From positions 32,001-96,000 of the forward strand of contig BK006941.2 in the NCBI GenBank assembly GCA_000146045.2: DNA of 64,000 nucleotides, read 5' to 3'. Below, one piece after another: positions 21,787-32,502 of this stretch; the first letter of the stretch is position 1; every line of letters starts with the position of its first letter. The DNA is from TPA_inf: Saccharomyces. Its lineage: Eukaryota. The notes under the pieces were generated by a model. That model was not told the origin of the DNA. It saw only the letters and a list, made by a program, of their open reading frames with translations, and ran no database searches. The translations under genes and the position numbers were made by a program.

Positions 21787-23796
21787 TTACATGACTGGTT
21801 GGCTTGGCTTCCGTGCCACACGGTAGAGTTCAAATAGGGCTGCCGCAGTGATACCTTGAATCCGTCTTGCTTGGCCTATGGTCAATGGCTGTACGCGGTT
21901 CAAGAGTAGTTTGCATTCAGTGGAAAGCGTGGGTAACTGACGGTAATCGTAATCTTGCGGCAACAGCATATTTTCGTCTGCCTGAAATGCCTTCACAAAC
22001 TGGTTCTGTTTGACAATGTAAGGTTCGTATTTACCTTGAATGTTAATTTTGGTGACAACATGCATTGGGATGTCCAGCAAATTAATGGGTAAATCGGGAA
22101 TGCACTCGTAGAGTTTATGTAGATCCATATCTTTGAATCTGAATATTTCCCAAGCAGATCTGTTTTCAGCCTGTGGCGCGATATTAGCCTGTAGTAAGCT
22201 AGACCATTTTTGAGAGCTTAGCTTGAAATTTTGAAGCGCCCGTATTGTTTCATCATATAGGTGCTTGTCTCTTGAATATTGACTTAAACGGACAGGAGAT
22301 ATAATCCCTAGTTGAGCACCAATGGGCGTCAGTCTGAAGTCTGCGTTATCGGCTCTTACGCTGATTCTGAATTCTGATCTGGAAGTAAACATTCTATATG
22401 GTTCTATGACGCCATTATTGATTAGATCGTCAATGAGCACACCAATGTACGCTTCGGACCTTTTCAAGACCAATTGCTCCCGTTCTTGGCGCGATAGTAA
22501 TCCTGCATTGATACCTGCAATGATCCCCTGTGCAGCGGCTTCCTCGTAGCCTGTAGTACCATTTATTTGTCCGGCCAAGAATAGTCCATCCACCAATTTT
22601 GTTTCCAAGCTAGGCTTTAATTGCCGTGGGTCTACGTAGTCGTATTCCACGCCGTATGCCGGCTGCAAGATCTCAACGTTTGCCATGCCCGGGATGAGCC
22701 TCATCATTTGTAACTGGACATCCTCAGGCATAGAATTGGATATCCCGTTCGGATAAATGACGTCGGAGTTGAAACCTTCTGGTTCCAACCATATCTTATG
22801 GGAAGATCTATCAGGAAACCTTAGAATCTTAGCTTCGATGGAGGGACAATAGCGGGGGCCTTTGATGGTCGTGTCCTGAATATGAATGGATTGATGCAAG
22901 TTATTGCGCAAAAAGTCGTGCATTTGAGGTGTGGTATGTGTGCCAAAGCAATCCAGTTGCTTCGTGGGTTCGACTGACACGGTTTCATTCAGAAAACTCA
23001 TAGGGACAGGCAACGCATCTCCCTTCTGGACCTCCAGAGCGCTGAAATCAATGGATTCCTTGGCCAGCCTAGCCGGAGTGCCTGTTTTCAAACGCCCTAA
23101 CTGAAAGCCCACCTCATTTTGTAGAGTATTGCTGATCCCATATGTTGGCTGCTCGCCAATTCTTCCTGCTGCAATACGCTTGTCGCCGATGTGAATTTCT
23201 GCACTGAGAAACGTACCTGTAGTGATTATGACCTGATCTGCCCCAACCTGGGTACCGTCATCCAGAACCACACCTTTGATGACCTTGTGGCCACATCCGG
23301 GGTCATACAAGATCAAGTCAGCAACTTTGTTCTGCAGCAGAGACAAGTTGGGGTGTGCTTTCTTGTCGGAAAGTTCCCTTTGCATGTATTTCTTATATAA
23401 CTCTCTGTCTATCTGGGCTCTGGGCCCCCACACAGCAGGACCCTTGCTTCTGTTCAGCATTTTGAATTGCACTCCAGCGAGATCAGTTACTTTGCCCATC
23501 AGCCCATCGAGAGCGTCGATTTCCTTTACAAGGATGCCCTTACCCACTCCACCAATAGAGGGGTTGCACGAACACTTACCAATATCTGTTAACGATGGTG
23601 TAATGAGAGTAGTATGCGCACCAGTCCTAGATGACGCAGCTGCAGCTTCGCAGCCTGCATGTCCAGCACCGATGACCACGACCTGTGTCTTGGTTGTGGG
23701 TTGGAAGCTTGTCAAAGAAGATATGGTCAACCGCCTCCTGAGGACCTGTAAGGGAAATGAAGTACACGAAGACGCCAAGGTTGTTACACGCAGCAT
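21787..23796 (-). CDS. MTO1: Mitochondrial tRNA U34 modification enzyme MTO1 (GidA/MnmG family), 669 aa
   Basis: FAD-binding '[14 protein letters not shown]' and GidA-family conservation throughout. 669 aa. Confidence 0.9.
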   Translation of the reverse strand: MLRVTTLASSCTSFPLQVLRRRLTISSLTSFQPTTKTQVVVIGAGHAGCEAAAASSRTGAHTTLITPSLTDIGKCSCNPSIGGVGKGILVKEIDALDGLMGKVTDLAGVQFKMLNRSKGPAVWGPRAQIDRELYKKYMQRELSDKKAHPNLSLLQNKVADLILYDPGCGHKVIKGVVLDDGTQVGADQVIITTGTFLSAEIHIGDKRIAAGRIGEQPTYGISNTLQNEVGFQLGRLKTGTPARLAKESIDFSALEVQKGDALPVPMSFLNETVSVEPTKQLDCFGTHTTPQMHDFLRNNLHQSIHIQDTTIKGPRYCPSIEAKILRFPDRSSHKIWLEPEGFNSDVIYPNGISNSMPEDVQLQMMRLIPGMANVEILQPAYGVEYDYVDPRQLKPSLETKLVDGLFLAGQINGTTGYEEAAAQGIIAGINAGLLSRQEREQLVLKRSEAYIGVLIDDLINNGVIEPYRMFTSRSEFRISVRADNADFRLTPIGAQLGIISPVRLSQYSRDKHLYDETIRALQNFKLSSQKWSSLLQANIAPQAENRSAWEIFRFKDMDLHKLYECIPDLPINLLDIPMHVVTKINIQGKYEPYIVKQNQFVKAFQADENMLLPQDYDYRQLPTLSTECKLLLNRVQPLTIGQARRIQGITAAALFELYRVARKPSQPVM

Positions 23797-24264
23797 CGTT
23801 CTTTGGGGCGTTTAGCTGGTATTCTGCAGAAACTATTGGATGCCCTCAAGATTTAAGTGAAGAATTAAACCGCACTTATCCGTCTGTGAAAGATGCCACC
23901 ATACGTTACCAACCATAAAGAAAGTGGCCGCACACAGGTACCTTAGAGAAGCCACAAGGGCTCGATTACACGGTGGCGATCAAGAGCCATACAAAAGTAG
24001 AAGACCCCCGGATGAAGAAGCACCTCTTTGTACGTTCCTTCTGCAACGCCATATCTAAGTAACAAGAAAGAAGCCACAGCATTACTACAACCCCACACAG
24101 GGACAGACAGATATCATAAACTTGAATCTACTATATCATACTCTAATAACTACCTAAGCGTTAAGAAATCGTCTAATCTTCAACTGCCGTTGTTCATACC
24201 GTGACTAATAGTGGCAGTAAGCAGCTTTTTTTTTTTTTCAAAATTTTTCATTTTTTTTTTCAGT

Positions 24265-24303
24265 TGACTCGCCCCGTCGGTAGTGACAAGTGCCGACTGA
24301 CTC
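24265..24303 (+). promoter_or_regulatory. Two TGACTC (Gcn4/Bas1-type) motifs in the ADE5,7 promoter (24265-24270 and 24298-24303), about 180-215 bp upstream of the ATG
   Basis: Exact TGACTC hexamers spaced 33 bp apart. Purine-pathway ADE genes are known Bas1/Pho2 and Gcn4 targets acting through this core. A T-rich tract at 24226-24260 lies just upstream. Confidence 0.55.
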
Positions 24304-24481
24304 GTGTCCTGGTAATAACAGCAATAATGAATATGCGATGGGCTTGAACTTGGTATTTAAACTATGTTCAGAGGCAAGTGCAACCGCTGTTAACCGTCCC
24401 AGGAGCTACCACTAGTAGCGCAGTTATTTCTTATTACTTTCTTAATCATAGCTTAAGAGAACCATTCTCCCTCCCCTCACA

Positions 24482-26890
24482 ATGCTCAACATTCTCGTTT
24501 TAGGAAACGGTGCAAGAGAACACGTTCTTGTCACCAAGCTGGCTCAGTCACCCACCGTGGGTAAGATCTATGTCGCTCCAGGTAATGGAGGGACCGCAAC
24601 CATGGATCCTTCGCGTGTGATAAACTGGGATATTACGCCAGATGTCGCCAATTTTGCTCGTTTGCAGTCGATGGCTGTGGAACATAAGATCAACTTGGTC
24701 GTTCCTGGTCCAGAATTACCTCTAGTCAACGGCATCACCTCCGTGTTCCATAGCGTTGGTATTCCCGTTTTTGGACCTTCCGTCAAAGCCGCTCAGTTGG
24801 AAGCTTCCAAGGCTTTCTCCAAGAGATTTATGTCAAAACACAATATTCCAACCGCGTCTTATGATGTCTTCACTAATCCAGAAGAAGCCATTTCATTCTT
24901 GCAAGCTCATACTGACAAAGCTTTTGTCATCAAGGCCGACGGGATCGCTGCTGGGAAAGGTGTTATTATCCCATCTAGCATCGACGAGTCCGTCCAAGCT
25001 ATCAAGGACATAATGGTCACCAAGCAATTCGGTGAAGAAGCGGGCAAGCAGGTTGTGATAGAACAATTCTTGGAAGGTGATGAAATCTCTCTACTCACCA
25101 TTGTTGACGGGTACTCTCACTTCAATCTCCCCGTCGCACAAGATCACAAGAGGATCTTTGATGGCGACAAGGGCTTGAACACCGGTGGGATGGGTGCCTA
25201 TGCCCCCGCTCCTGTGGCCACACCATCTTTGTTGAAGACCATAGATTCACAGATTGTGAAGCCTACGATTGATGGGATGAGACGTGATGGTATGCCCTTT
25301 GTTGGTGTGCTGTTCACCGGGATGATTTTGGTGAAGGATTCTAAGACAAATCAACTTGTTCCCGAAGTGTTAGAATATAATGTCAGATTCGGTGACCCAG
25401 AGACACAGGCTGTTTTGAGTTTACTTGATGATCAAACCGATTTGGCGCAAGTGTTTTTGGCTGCTGCTGAACATCGTTTGGATTCCGTAAACATAGGAAT
25501 CGATGACACAAGATCTGCCGTTACTGTCGTAGTGGCTGCAGGTGGTTATCCTGAATCATACGCCAAAGGTGACAAAATTACCTTGGATACCGATAAATTA
25601 CCTCCACATACACAAATCTTCCAAGCAGGTACCAAATACGATTCCGCCACCGATTCTTTATTGACCAATGGTGGTAGAGTTCTTTCTGTGACCTCCACTG
25701 CTCAGGACTTGAGAACAGCAGTAGATACAGTATATGAAGCCGTCAAATGCGTCCATTTCCAAAATTCTTACTACAGAAAGGACATCGCATACCGTGCGTT
25801 CCAAAACTCAGAATCATCAAAAGTTGCCATCACATACGCAGACTCAGGTGTCTCTGTTGATAATGGTAACAATCTCGTACAAACTATCAAAGAAATGGTC
25901 AGATCCACAAGAAGGCCAGGTGCAGACTCTGATATTGGTGGTTTTGGTGGTTTATTCGATTTGGCTCAAGCAGGTTTCCGTCAAAACGAAGATACCTTAC
26001 TAGTAGGTGCTACAGATGGTGTCGGTACTAAATTAATCATTGCCCAAGAGACCGGGATTCATAATACTGTCGGTATTGACCTGGTGGCCATGAATGTTAA
26101 CGATTTGGTGGTACAAGGTGCTGAGCCTCTATTCTTTTTGGACTACTTTGCCACTGGTGCTCTTGACATTCAAGTTGCCTCTGATTTTGTGTCCGGTGTT
26201 GCTAATGGTTGTATTCAAAGTGGTTGTGCTCTTGTGGGTGGTGAAACTTCGGAAATGCCCGGTATGTATCCACCCGGCCACTACGATACTAATGGTACCG
26301 CTGTTGGTGCTGTATTAAGACAAGATATCTTGCCCAAGATAAATGAAATGGCCGCAGGAGATGTTCTTCTGGGTCTCGCCTCTAGCGGTGTTCATTCTAA
26401 TGGTTTCTCTTTGGTTAGAAAAATTATTCAACATGTAGCATTACCATGGGACGCTCCATGTCCATGGGATGAATCTAAGACGTTAGGTGAAGGTATTCTT
26501 GAACCAACAAAAATTTACGTCAAGCAATTATTGCCATCAATTAGACAAAGACTACTACTAGGTTTAGCTCATATAACAGGTGGTGGTTTAGTAGAGAATA
26601 TCCCAAGAGCTATTCCAGACCACCTACAGGCCCGCGTTGATATGTCAACCTGGGAAGTACCCCGTGTCTTCAAATGGTTTGGTCAAGCAGGTAATGTTCC
26701 ACACGATGACATTTTAAGAACCTTCAACATGGGTGTTGGTATGGTTTTGATTGTCAAGAGAGAAAACGTCAAGGCTGTTTGTGATTCATTGACTGAAGAA
26801 GGTGAAATTATTTGGGAGCTTGGTTCTTTGCAAGAAAGACCAAAGGATGCTCCCGGTTGTGTGATTGAAAACGGAACTAAGCTTTACTAA
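24482..26890 (+). CDS. ADE5,7: Bifunctional purine biosynthesis enzyme: GAR synthetase (PurD) + AIR synthetase (PurM), 802 aa
   Basis: N-terminal ATP-grasp PurD half and C-terminal PurM half (…GGFGGLFDL…, …HITGGGL…). 802 aa. Confidence 0.92.
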   Translation: MLNILVLGNGAREHVLVTKLAQSPTVGKIYVAPGNGGTATMDPSRVINWDITPDVANFARLQSMAVEHKINLVVPGPELPLVNGITSVFHSVGIPVFGPSVKAAQLEASKAFSKRFMSKHNIPTASYDVFTNPEEAISFLQAHTDKAFVIKADGIAAGKGVIIPSSIDESVQAIKDIMVTKQFGEEAGKQVVIEQFLEGDEISLLTIVDGYSHFNLPVAQDHKRIFDGDKGLNTGGMGAYAPAPVATPSLLKTIDSQIVKPTIDGMRRDGMPFVGVLFTGMILVKDSKTNQLVPEVLEYNVRFGDPETQAVLSLLDDQTDLAQVFLAAAEHRLDSVNIGIDDTRSAVTVVVAAGGYPESYAKGDKITLDTDKLPPHTQIFQAGTKYDSATDSLLTNGGRVLSVTSTAQDLRTAVDTVYEAVKCVHFQNSYYRKDIAYRAFQNSESSKVAITYADSGVSVDNGNNLVQTIKEMVRSTRRPGADSDIGGFGGLFDLAQAGFRQNEDTLLVGATDGVGTKLIIAQETGIHNTVGIDLVAMNVNDLVVQGAEPLFFLDYFATGALDIQVASDFVSGVANGCIQSGCALVGGETSEMPGMYPPGHYDTNGTAVGAVLRQDILPKINEMAAGDVLLGLASSGVHSNGFSLVRKIIQHVALPWDAPCPWDESKTLGEGILEPTKIYVKQLLPSIRQRLLLGLAHITGGGLVENIPRAIPDHLQARVDMSTWEVPRVFKWFGQAGNVPHDDILRTFNMGVGMVLIVKRENVKAVCDSLTEEGEIIWELGSLQERPKDAPGCVIENGTKLY

Positions 26891-27121
26891 TCAACAATAT
26901 TAACTTTATAATAGATTCATATATGCGCGTACATATATTATATACAATTTTTCTACACAAGAATGCTTAATAAAGATACGATAATTTTTTGTTCGCTTTT
27001 ACTTTTCCGCATAATTCTTCCAGAAAAATACAATAATAAAAGGACAATTAATACCTTTAACGAGCGTAAAATAGTAGCAAGAGAATACTGTTGAGGAGTT
27101 GTAGCGAATTAGCTGTCAATA

Positions 27122-29854
27122 ATGGACCAAGAAGGCCAGCCATTGCTTTCAAAAGATTTTCAGCAGGTTTTACTGGCTACTGCATCCGGAAACAATTCAT
27201 CGTGGACAGAAAGGGCTGTTCTCAACAATGAAAGTACAGATGCAGTGAAACACGAACCTGCGCTGGGCCAAAATGATGTGTTTGATTTAGATCCTTTATC
27301 CTTTGATAAGTGGGTACCTTTTTTAAGAAGGGCTCTTGATAAAAATCAATTGGACCCCGTAATTGATGAATTGGAAAATTCAATTGAGGATAACTTTCAA
27401 GGTCTGGAATTGCAATTATTACAAGATTCCCAAATGAATGATAAGCTGGAAACATCTATAGACGAAATTGCAAACATCCAAGGTATGGTGCAAGACACTT
27501 TATCCAGTGAAATTTCCAAATTTCAAATAAGATTGAGTGAATCAGCTAATGAACTAATTGTCAAGAAACAAATGTATGTTAATAACAAAAAAATTTCACT
27601 AAAAATTTCAGAAGCAACAATTTTAATCACTAAGGTTGTTAGAATCTTGGAATTATCCAGCAAATGTCAAGAATTGATCACCGAAAGAAAGTTTTTCAAA
27701 GTTTTACAAAACTTGGATAGTCTGGAGAAATTGTATCTACAAGAATTTAAGAATTATAATTTCCAATTTTTAATTGAAATTTACAATTCTATACCATTTT
27801 TACAGAAAGTCACCAAGGATGAGTGTATAAATTTGATAAGGAATTCTCTAAATTTAAATTTAGGGAAGAACTTGATAAAAGTGGGGCAAGAATTCGTGGC
27901 AATTTATGAGAATGAATTACTTCCGCAATGGCTCGAAACGAGATCTAAAATGAAGTTGACAAATTTCAAATTTAATTCGCCTATAGAGATCTCCATGAGA
28001 GATGAATCCTTTCTAGCAAAGCTAAACTTGGGTGAATTTTTCCAGTTAGATGACTTTCACGATTCTATAATGATTTTTCAAAACTTAAATGAGTTGAGCG
28101 TCCTCTCTGGAGAGTTTAACAAAGAATATGAACTGAGAAAGACAAAACTAATGTATCCATTGATATGGAAGAAGAATAAAACAGCTGCATATCAAATGGA
28201 TTCGTTATTACGGGGTACAGGTACTACTCCTGGATCAACCGCGCATGACGTTTCCACAGATGATCCTTTCACACAAAGTCTAAGTTTACACTTTTTGCAG
28301 GATTACTTTTTGAAAATTCTCGGCTTCTTATTATATGATATTAATTTGAATAAAGCTACAGAATTTATCCTCGTTGATAATAACTATAATTCTACAAATG
28401 AATTTTGGGATGGACTCATGGACAGGTTGTCACCATATTTGAGTTATTTCATAGATGAGAAGCTGAAAACAGAAGAAGACATGATTAAATTGAAAGATTT
28501 TCTTTGTATTTATGTTGCCATTTTAGAAAATTTCAAACTGAACATCGAACCTTTATATAAAATTTTGGTTTCAATTTTCGAGAAATTCTGCTCTGTTTCC
28601 TTGAGAGCTTTTGACGATGAATTTCAAATCTTGTTAAACGATGATGATTTTATGCCTTTATCCATTAATGACAAGACATTATATGAGAAAGTTTTGAAGA
28701 TTTGCTGGATGAAGGAGGGCGAACACCTTTCCCTGCCAGATCCAACCAACGGAGAGCCATTTGCTGTGACTTTGCCTTTTTCTCCATTATACCCAATGAC
28801 GTGTACACTTGCTAAGAAAACATATTCTAAAATAACCGCATTTCTTTCCATATTTTATCGTCATGAGCTACACACTTTGAATAATATTTTGGTCAAAACA
28901 ATGGACGATATATTTAATGATATCGTCAATAAAAAAATTCGTTCTAAACTTGAAAGTACGTCGAGAGAAGAAATTGCACAAATCTTAGTCAATTTAGATT
29001 ATTTTATCATAGCAGCAAAAGAATTTAGTAACTTCATGACAAGAGAGAATATTTTACAAAACCCGGATATGGAAATACGGTTATCCTCGATAAAATATCT
29101 TGCGGAAAGCAGAAAATTGGCAGAAACAAAGTTAATTGAATTAATCGATTCTAAGATATCAGATATTCTTGAAACTATTGAAATTGACTGGCAAATAACG
29201 GAGGTAAGGCAAGACCCGGATATCTCCATCATTGATCTGGCACAATTTTTAGAAATGATGTTTGCCAGCACGCTACAAAATTTACCATACAGCGTCCAAA
29301 CATTATTGATTTTCCGTGAATTTGACTCCTTGACGAGACAATTCATGGGTCTATTATTGCATGACACACCAAGTACAATTACACATGAAAGCATAATGAA
29401 TTTTGAAGTTGATGTCAATTATTTAGAGAGCATTATTCCCAGAATTTTCCCCTCTACACCAGGTACTATAGATAGTAATGGATACCAGTCGCCAATGACC
29501 CCTTCGACGCCTACATTTCCAAATGCCAACGGTGTTGACGCACCAACATTATTTGAAAATAATATCAAATCGCTAGAAGCTACATTTATGGAGTTGAAGC
29601 AGTGTATAGAGTTATTAAAGACTCAGGGAAAAGATTATAATGAACCAGAAATAAGATTAAGAAAATATTCAAGAATTAGACAGGAAGATGCGGCTCTTTT
29701 GTTGAGCAAGATTCAGCACTTCGTCTCATCTGTAGAAGGAGCTAACGGCGATGACACTAGCGTAATGGATAGTAGCAGCATATTCAACTCTGAATCAGCG
29801 AGTGTCATTGACTCTAATACGAGTAGGATAGCCAAATTTTTTAATAGACGTTAA
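27122..29854 (+). CDS. SEC15: Exocyst subunit SEC15, 910 aa
   Basis: ATG at 27122, 910 aa. Helical-bundle composition. Synteny supports it. Confidence 0.82.
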   Translation: MDQEGQPLLSKDFQQVLLATASGNNSSWTERAVLNNESTDAVKHEPALGQNDVFDLDPLSFDKWVPFLRRALDKNQLDPVIDELENSIEDNFQGLELQLLQDSQMNDKLETSIDEIANIQGMVQDTLSSEISKFQIRLSESANELIVKKQMYVNNKKISLKISEATILITKVVRILELSSKCQELITERKFFKVLQNLDSLEKLYLQEFKNYNFQFLIEIYNSIPFLQKVTKDECINLIRNSLNLNLGKNLIKVGQEFVAIYENELLPQWLETRSKMKLTNFKFNSPIEISMRDESFLAKLNLGEFFQLDDFHDSIMIFQNLNELSVLSGEFNKEYELRKTKLMYPLIWKKNKTAAYQMDSLLRGTGTTPGSTAHDVSTDDPFTQSLSLHFLQDYFLKILGFLLYDINLNKATEFILVDNNYNSTNEFWDGLMDRLSPYLSYFIDEKLKTEEDMIKLKDFLCIYVAILENFKLNIEPLYKILVSIFEKFCSVSLRAFDDEFQILLNDDDFMPLSINDKTLYEKVLKICWMKEGEHLSLPDPTNGEPFAVTLPFSPLYPMTCTLAKKTYSKITAFLSIFYRHELHTLNNILVKTMDDIFNDIVNKKIRSKLESTSREEIAQILVNLDYFIIAAKEFSNFMTRENILQNPDMEIRLSSIKYLAESRKLAETKLIELIDSKISDILETIEIDWQITEVRQDPDISIIDLAQFLEMMFASTLQNLPYSVQTLLIFREFDSLTRQFMGLLLHDTPSTITHESIMNFEVDVNYLESIIPRIFPSTPGTIDSNGYQSPMTPSTPTFPNANGVDAPTLFENNIKSLEATFMELKQCIELLKTQGKDYNEPEIRLRKYSRIRQEDAALLLSKIQHFVSSVEGANGDDTSVMDSSSIFNSESASVIDSNTSRIAKFFNRR

Positions 29855-30074
29855 AAAATTAGATATTATCTCAGTATAATCATTTGTACGTTCATAAGAA
29901 AGAATTTCGGACAGTCTTGAGTTTTTTGGTTTTAGCATCGAAAAAGTTCACTTCAAATAAATTTTTTTTTTATCATTGAATAACTCTTTATTTTTCACGT
30001 CAACCAAATACATCTCAAAAGTCTACTATATATTGAAAAGTATCATACAATTAGTGTAAATAAGTATCTTAATT

Positions 30075-30131
30075 ATGGGTGAAAAACGTAACCGTAATGG
30101 TAAGGATGCAAATTCCCAAAACAGGAAGAAA
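30075..30131 (+). CDS. TAN1: TAN1 exon 1 (19 codons: MGEKRNRNGKDANSQNRKK)
   Basis: ATG at 30075. The exon ends on a codon boundary immediately before the GTATGT 5' splice site at 30132. Confidence 0.8.
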
Positions 30132-30189
30132 GTATGTCTGTCTGCACACGAATTAGAGTTCTTTAAGTACTAACGATCAAAAGTAATAG
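30132..30189 (+). other. TAN1: Spliceosomal intron of TAN1 (58 nt): 5'SS GTATGT (30132-30137), branch point TACTAAC (30168-30174), 3'SS AG (30188-30189)
   Basis: All three canonical yeast splice signals are present in order and correctly spaced. Splicing joins exon 1 in frame to exon 2 (…RKK|FKVSSGFLDPG…). Confidence 0.8.
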
Positions 30190-31002
30190 TTTAAAGTATC
30201 TTCCGGATTCTTAGACCCTGGTACGTCTGGAATATATGCCACATGTTCTAGAAGACATGAACGTCAAGCAGCCCAAGAGTTGCAGCTTTTATTCGAAGAA
30301 AAATTTCAAGAACTCTATGGGGATATCAAAGAAGGAGAAGATGAAAGTGAAAATGACGAAAAGAAAGATCTATCAATTGAAGACCAGATAAAAAAGGAAT
30401 TACAAGAATTGAAAGGTGAAGAAACAGGCAAAGATTTATCTTCAGGGGAGACAAAGAAGAAAGACCCCTTAGCCTTCATCGACTTGAACTGTGAGTGCGT
30501 GACATTTTGTAAAACAAGAAAGCCAATTGTTCCCGAAGAATTTGTGCTAAGTATCATGAAAGACTTAGCGGATCCCAAAAATATGGTTAAACGTACTAGA
30601 TATGTTCAGAAATTAACACCTATTACGTACTCTTGTAATGCAAAAATGGAGCAATTAATCAAGTTGGCCAATTTGGTTATTGGGCCACACTTTCATGACC
30701 CTTCGAATGTTAAAAAAAATTATAAATTTGCTGTAGAAGTGACAAGAAGAAATTTCAATACGATTGAAAGAATGGACATCATTAATCAAGTTGTGAAGCT
30801 GGTCAATAAAGAGGGTTCTGAGTTTAATCATACTGTGGACTTGAAGAACTATGATAAATTGATTCTAGTGGAATGTTTTAAGAGCAATATCGGAATGTGT
30901 GTAGTCGATGGGGATTATAAAACCAAATATCGTAAATACAACGTTCAACAGCTTTATGAATCGAAATTCCGAAAGGATGAAGATAAGAGTGTAAAACAAT
31001 AA
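30190..31002 (+). CDS. TAN1: TAN1 exon 2. tRNA ac4C12 acetylation cofactor (THUMP domain). Spliced product is 289 aa.
   Basis: Open frame from the 3' splice site to the stop at 31000-31002. The track ORF at 30280 is the same frame, starting at a TTG. Confidence 0.8.
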   Translation, partial: FKVSSGFLDPGTSGIYATCSRRHERQAAQELQLLFEEKFQELYGDIKEGEDESENDEKKDLSIEDQIKKELQELKGEETGKDLSSGETKKKDPLAFIDLNCECVTFCKTRKPIVPEEFVLSIMKDLADPKNMVKRTRYVQKLTPITYSCNAKMEQLIKLANLVIGPHFHDPSNVKKNYKFAVEVTRRNFNTIERMDIINQVVKLVNKEGSEFNHTVDLKNYDKLILVECFKSNIGMCVVDGDYKTKYRKYNVQQLYESKFRKDEDKSVKQ

Positions 31003-31047
31003 TCATATATGAAACAGAATAGATATTTTATATAAGTATATACGCTC

Positions 31048-31620
31048 TCAATCGGAAAACCATTGTAATCCATTATTATAATGAGCAATTCGTTCCCAGG
31101 GTAGCCAATCACCCTTAGCGTTAGGAATGAGACCCATTGAATTTAGTTTCCTGTATCCAATGTACATTAAGACGCCTTGGAATACGATATACATGAACAT
31201 AGCAGTTTGCACTTGACTTTGTGTTGCTTTATTACCCAACACTGGTTTGAATGCACTCCTTGTTGAAAATATTGCTTTAATGGGTCCAGAGAGTAGCATG
31301 AGGGCAGTCATTATAGGAATGATTTGTAAGGATGTACCGGACATATACGACATAAAAATATTCATCGGAATAGATTTGGCTGGTTGTAACGCAATTTGCC
31401 ATGCCTTCTGTACTTGTAATACTGTTATTTGGTTTTTTTGTGCCAAAGAAGTAGTTTGAGATGTAGCATCTTGTTGTTTTCTTGTAACATTTCCTTTAGA
31501 GGAATTACCTTCAAATCCTGGTGGTGAAGGTAATGTGTTTGAGTTCTGAATGTTGTATTTTTCGATATACTTGGTGTCCAATAGGTGTTTAGCCCATTCG
31601 TAAGGCTCCTGTTCACTCAT
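31048..31620 (-). CDS. EMC4: ER membrane protein complex subunit EMC4 (YGL231C), 190 aa
   Basis: 190 aa with two or three hydrophobic helices. Synteny supports it. Confidence 0.72.
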   Translation of the reverse strand: MSEQEPYEWAKHLLDTKYIEKYNIQNSNTLPSPPGFEGNSSKGNVTRKQQDATSQTTSLAQKNQITVLQVQKAWQIALQPAKSIPMNIFMSYMSGTSLQIIPIMTALMLLSGPIKAIFSTRSAFKPVLGNKATQSQVQTAMFMYIVFQGVLMYIGYRKLNSMGLIPNAKGDWLPWERIAHYNNGLQWFSD

Positions 31621-31771
31621 TTCTGTTGCTTATATCGTTTGGCTTTATTTTAACCTTAACTGATATTATGTTCAACTTTTTTTCATTCTATTTATATAGA
31701 AAAGAATACGCTTTTTTTATTATTTATGAAAGGAACATGAAAAAACTACGAATGTACAAAAGCAGAGATTG

Positions 31772-32215
31772 CTAGAGAATACATTGGTCAAGAATTTTCG
31801 CATATGGAACGCATTGCTCTTTTAGATGGGCTGTTAAATAATCGTAATTTAGGTTAGTTATTGCCCTTTGCGTCTTCCGTGGAACAATGTTGGTCCAATA
31901 AATTATAAAGAAAAGAAATTGGATAGCACAAATAAAAGAGCAAGCGATAATGCAAAACATTAAAAGTCTGTTTTCCATTAGTTTGTAATATTCTGAGGTC
32001 ATCAATAAAAACCATTTTTTCGTTCTTGTAAAATTGTATCTCTCATCTGTATTGGATTTTTCGACCATTTGAAAATCATCCTTGCTTTTTCCTTTATATT
32101 CAGTCGAGGAATCATTTGCTGTATTAGGCTCTGGTTGAGAAACCTCTTCAAGGCCCTTTTTTGGGTAGGCTTTCAATAAATGTAGAACATTGCCGGATAG
32201 TGTAATAATTCCCAT
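31772..32215 (-). CDS. Uncharacterised small membrane protein (YGL230C), 147 aa
   Basis: Real ATG at 32213-32215. One strongly hydrophobic segment. Its position matches YGL230C. Confidence 0.55.
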   Translation of the reverse strand: MGIITLSGNVLHLLKAYPKKGLEEVSQPEPNTANDSSTEYKGKSKDDFQMVEKSNTDERYNFTRTKKWFLLMTSEYYKLMENRLLMFCIIACSFICAIQFLFFIIYWTNIVPRKTQRAITNLNYDYLTAHLKEQCVPYAKILDQCIL

Positions 32216-32502
32216 TATTATGGTTTTGTTTTGCCTGGTTTGGGCCTGACTTTAGTTATATGATTATTTTTGTATAGATAGCTATAAGTTATTGAAAGTA
32301 AGCTAGACAATAATTTTTGGTGAATAGTTGGTGAACATTCCTGAACTACAAAGGACTATTGTTATATTTAGTTTACTTCAATTGGCCCCCAATAGGCTTC
32401 GTAATTTTTACATGTCACAAAATTAAATAAGGCAAAACGAGAAACAAAATATTAAAAATGTAGGAAAAAAAAAGTCAAAATTGGTTTGACGACTTAACCT
32501 AA

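Noticed and set aside
23276-23815. 179-aa plus-strand ORF, plus smaller ones, antisense inside MTO1
   Set aside because: Long antisense frames are expected opposite GC-balanced conserved genes. There is no independent support from the sequence.
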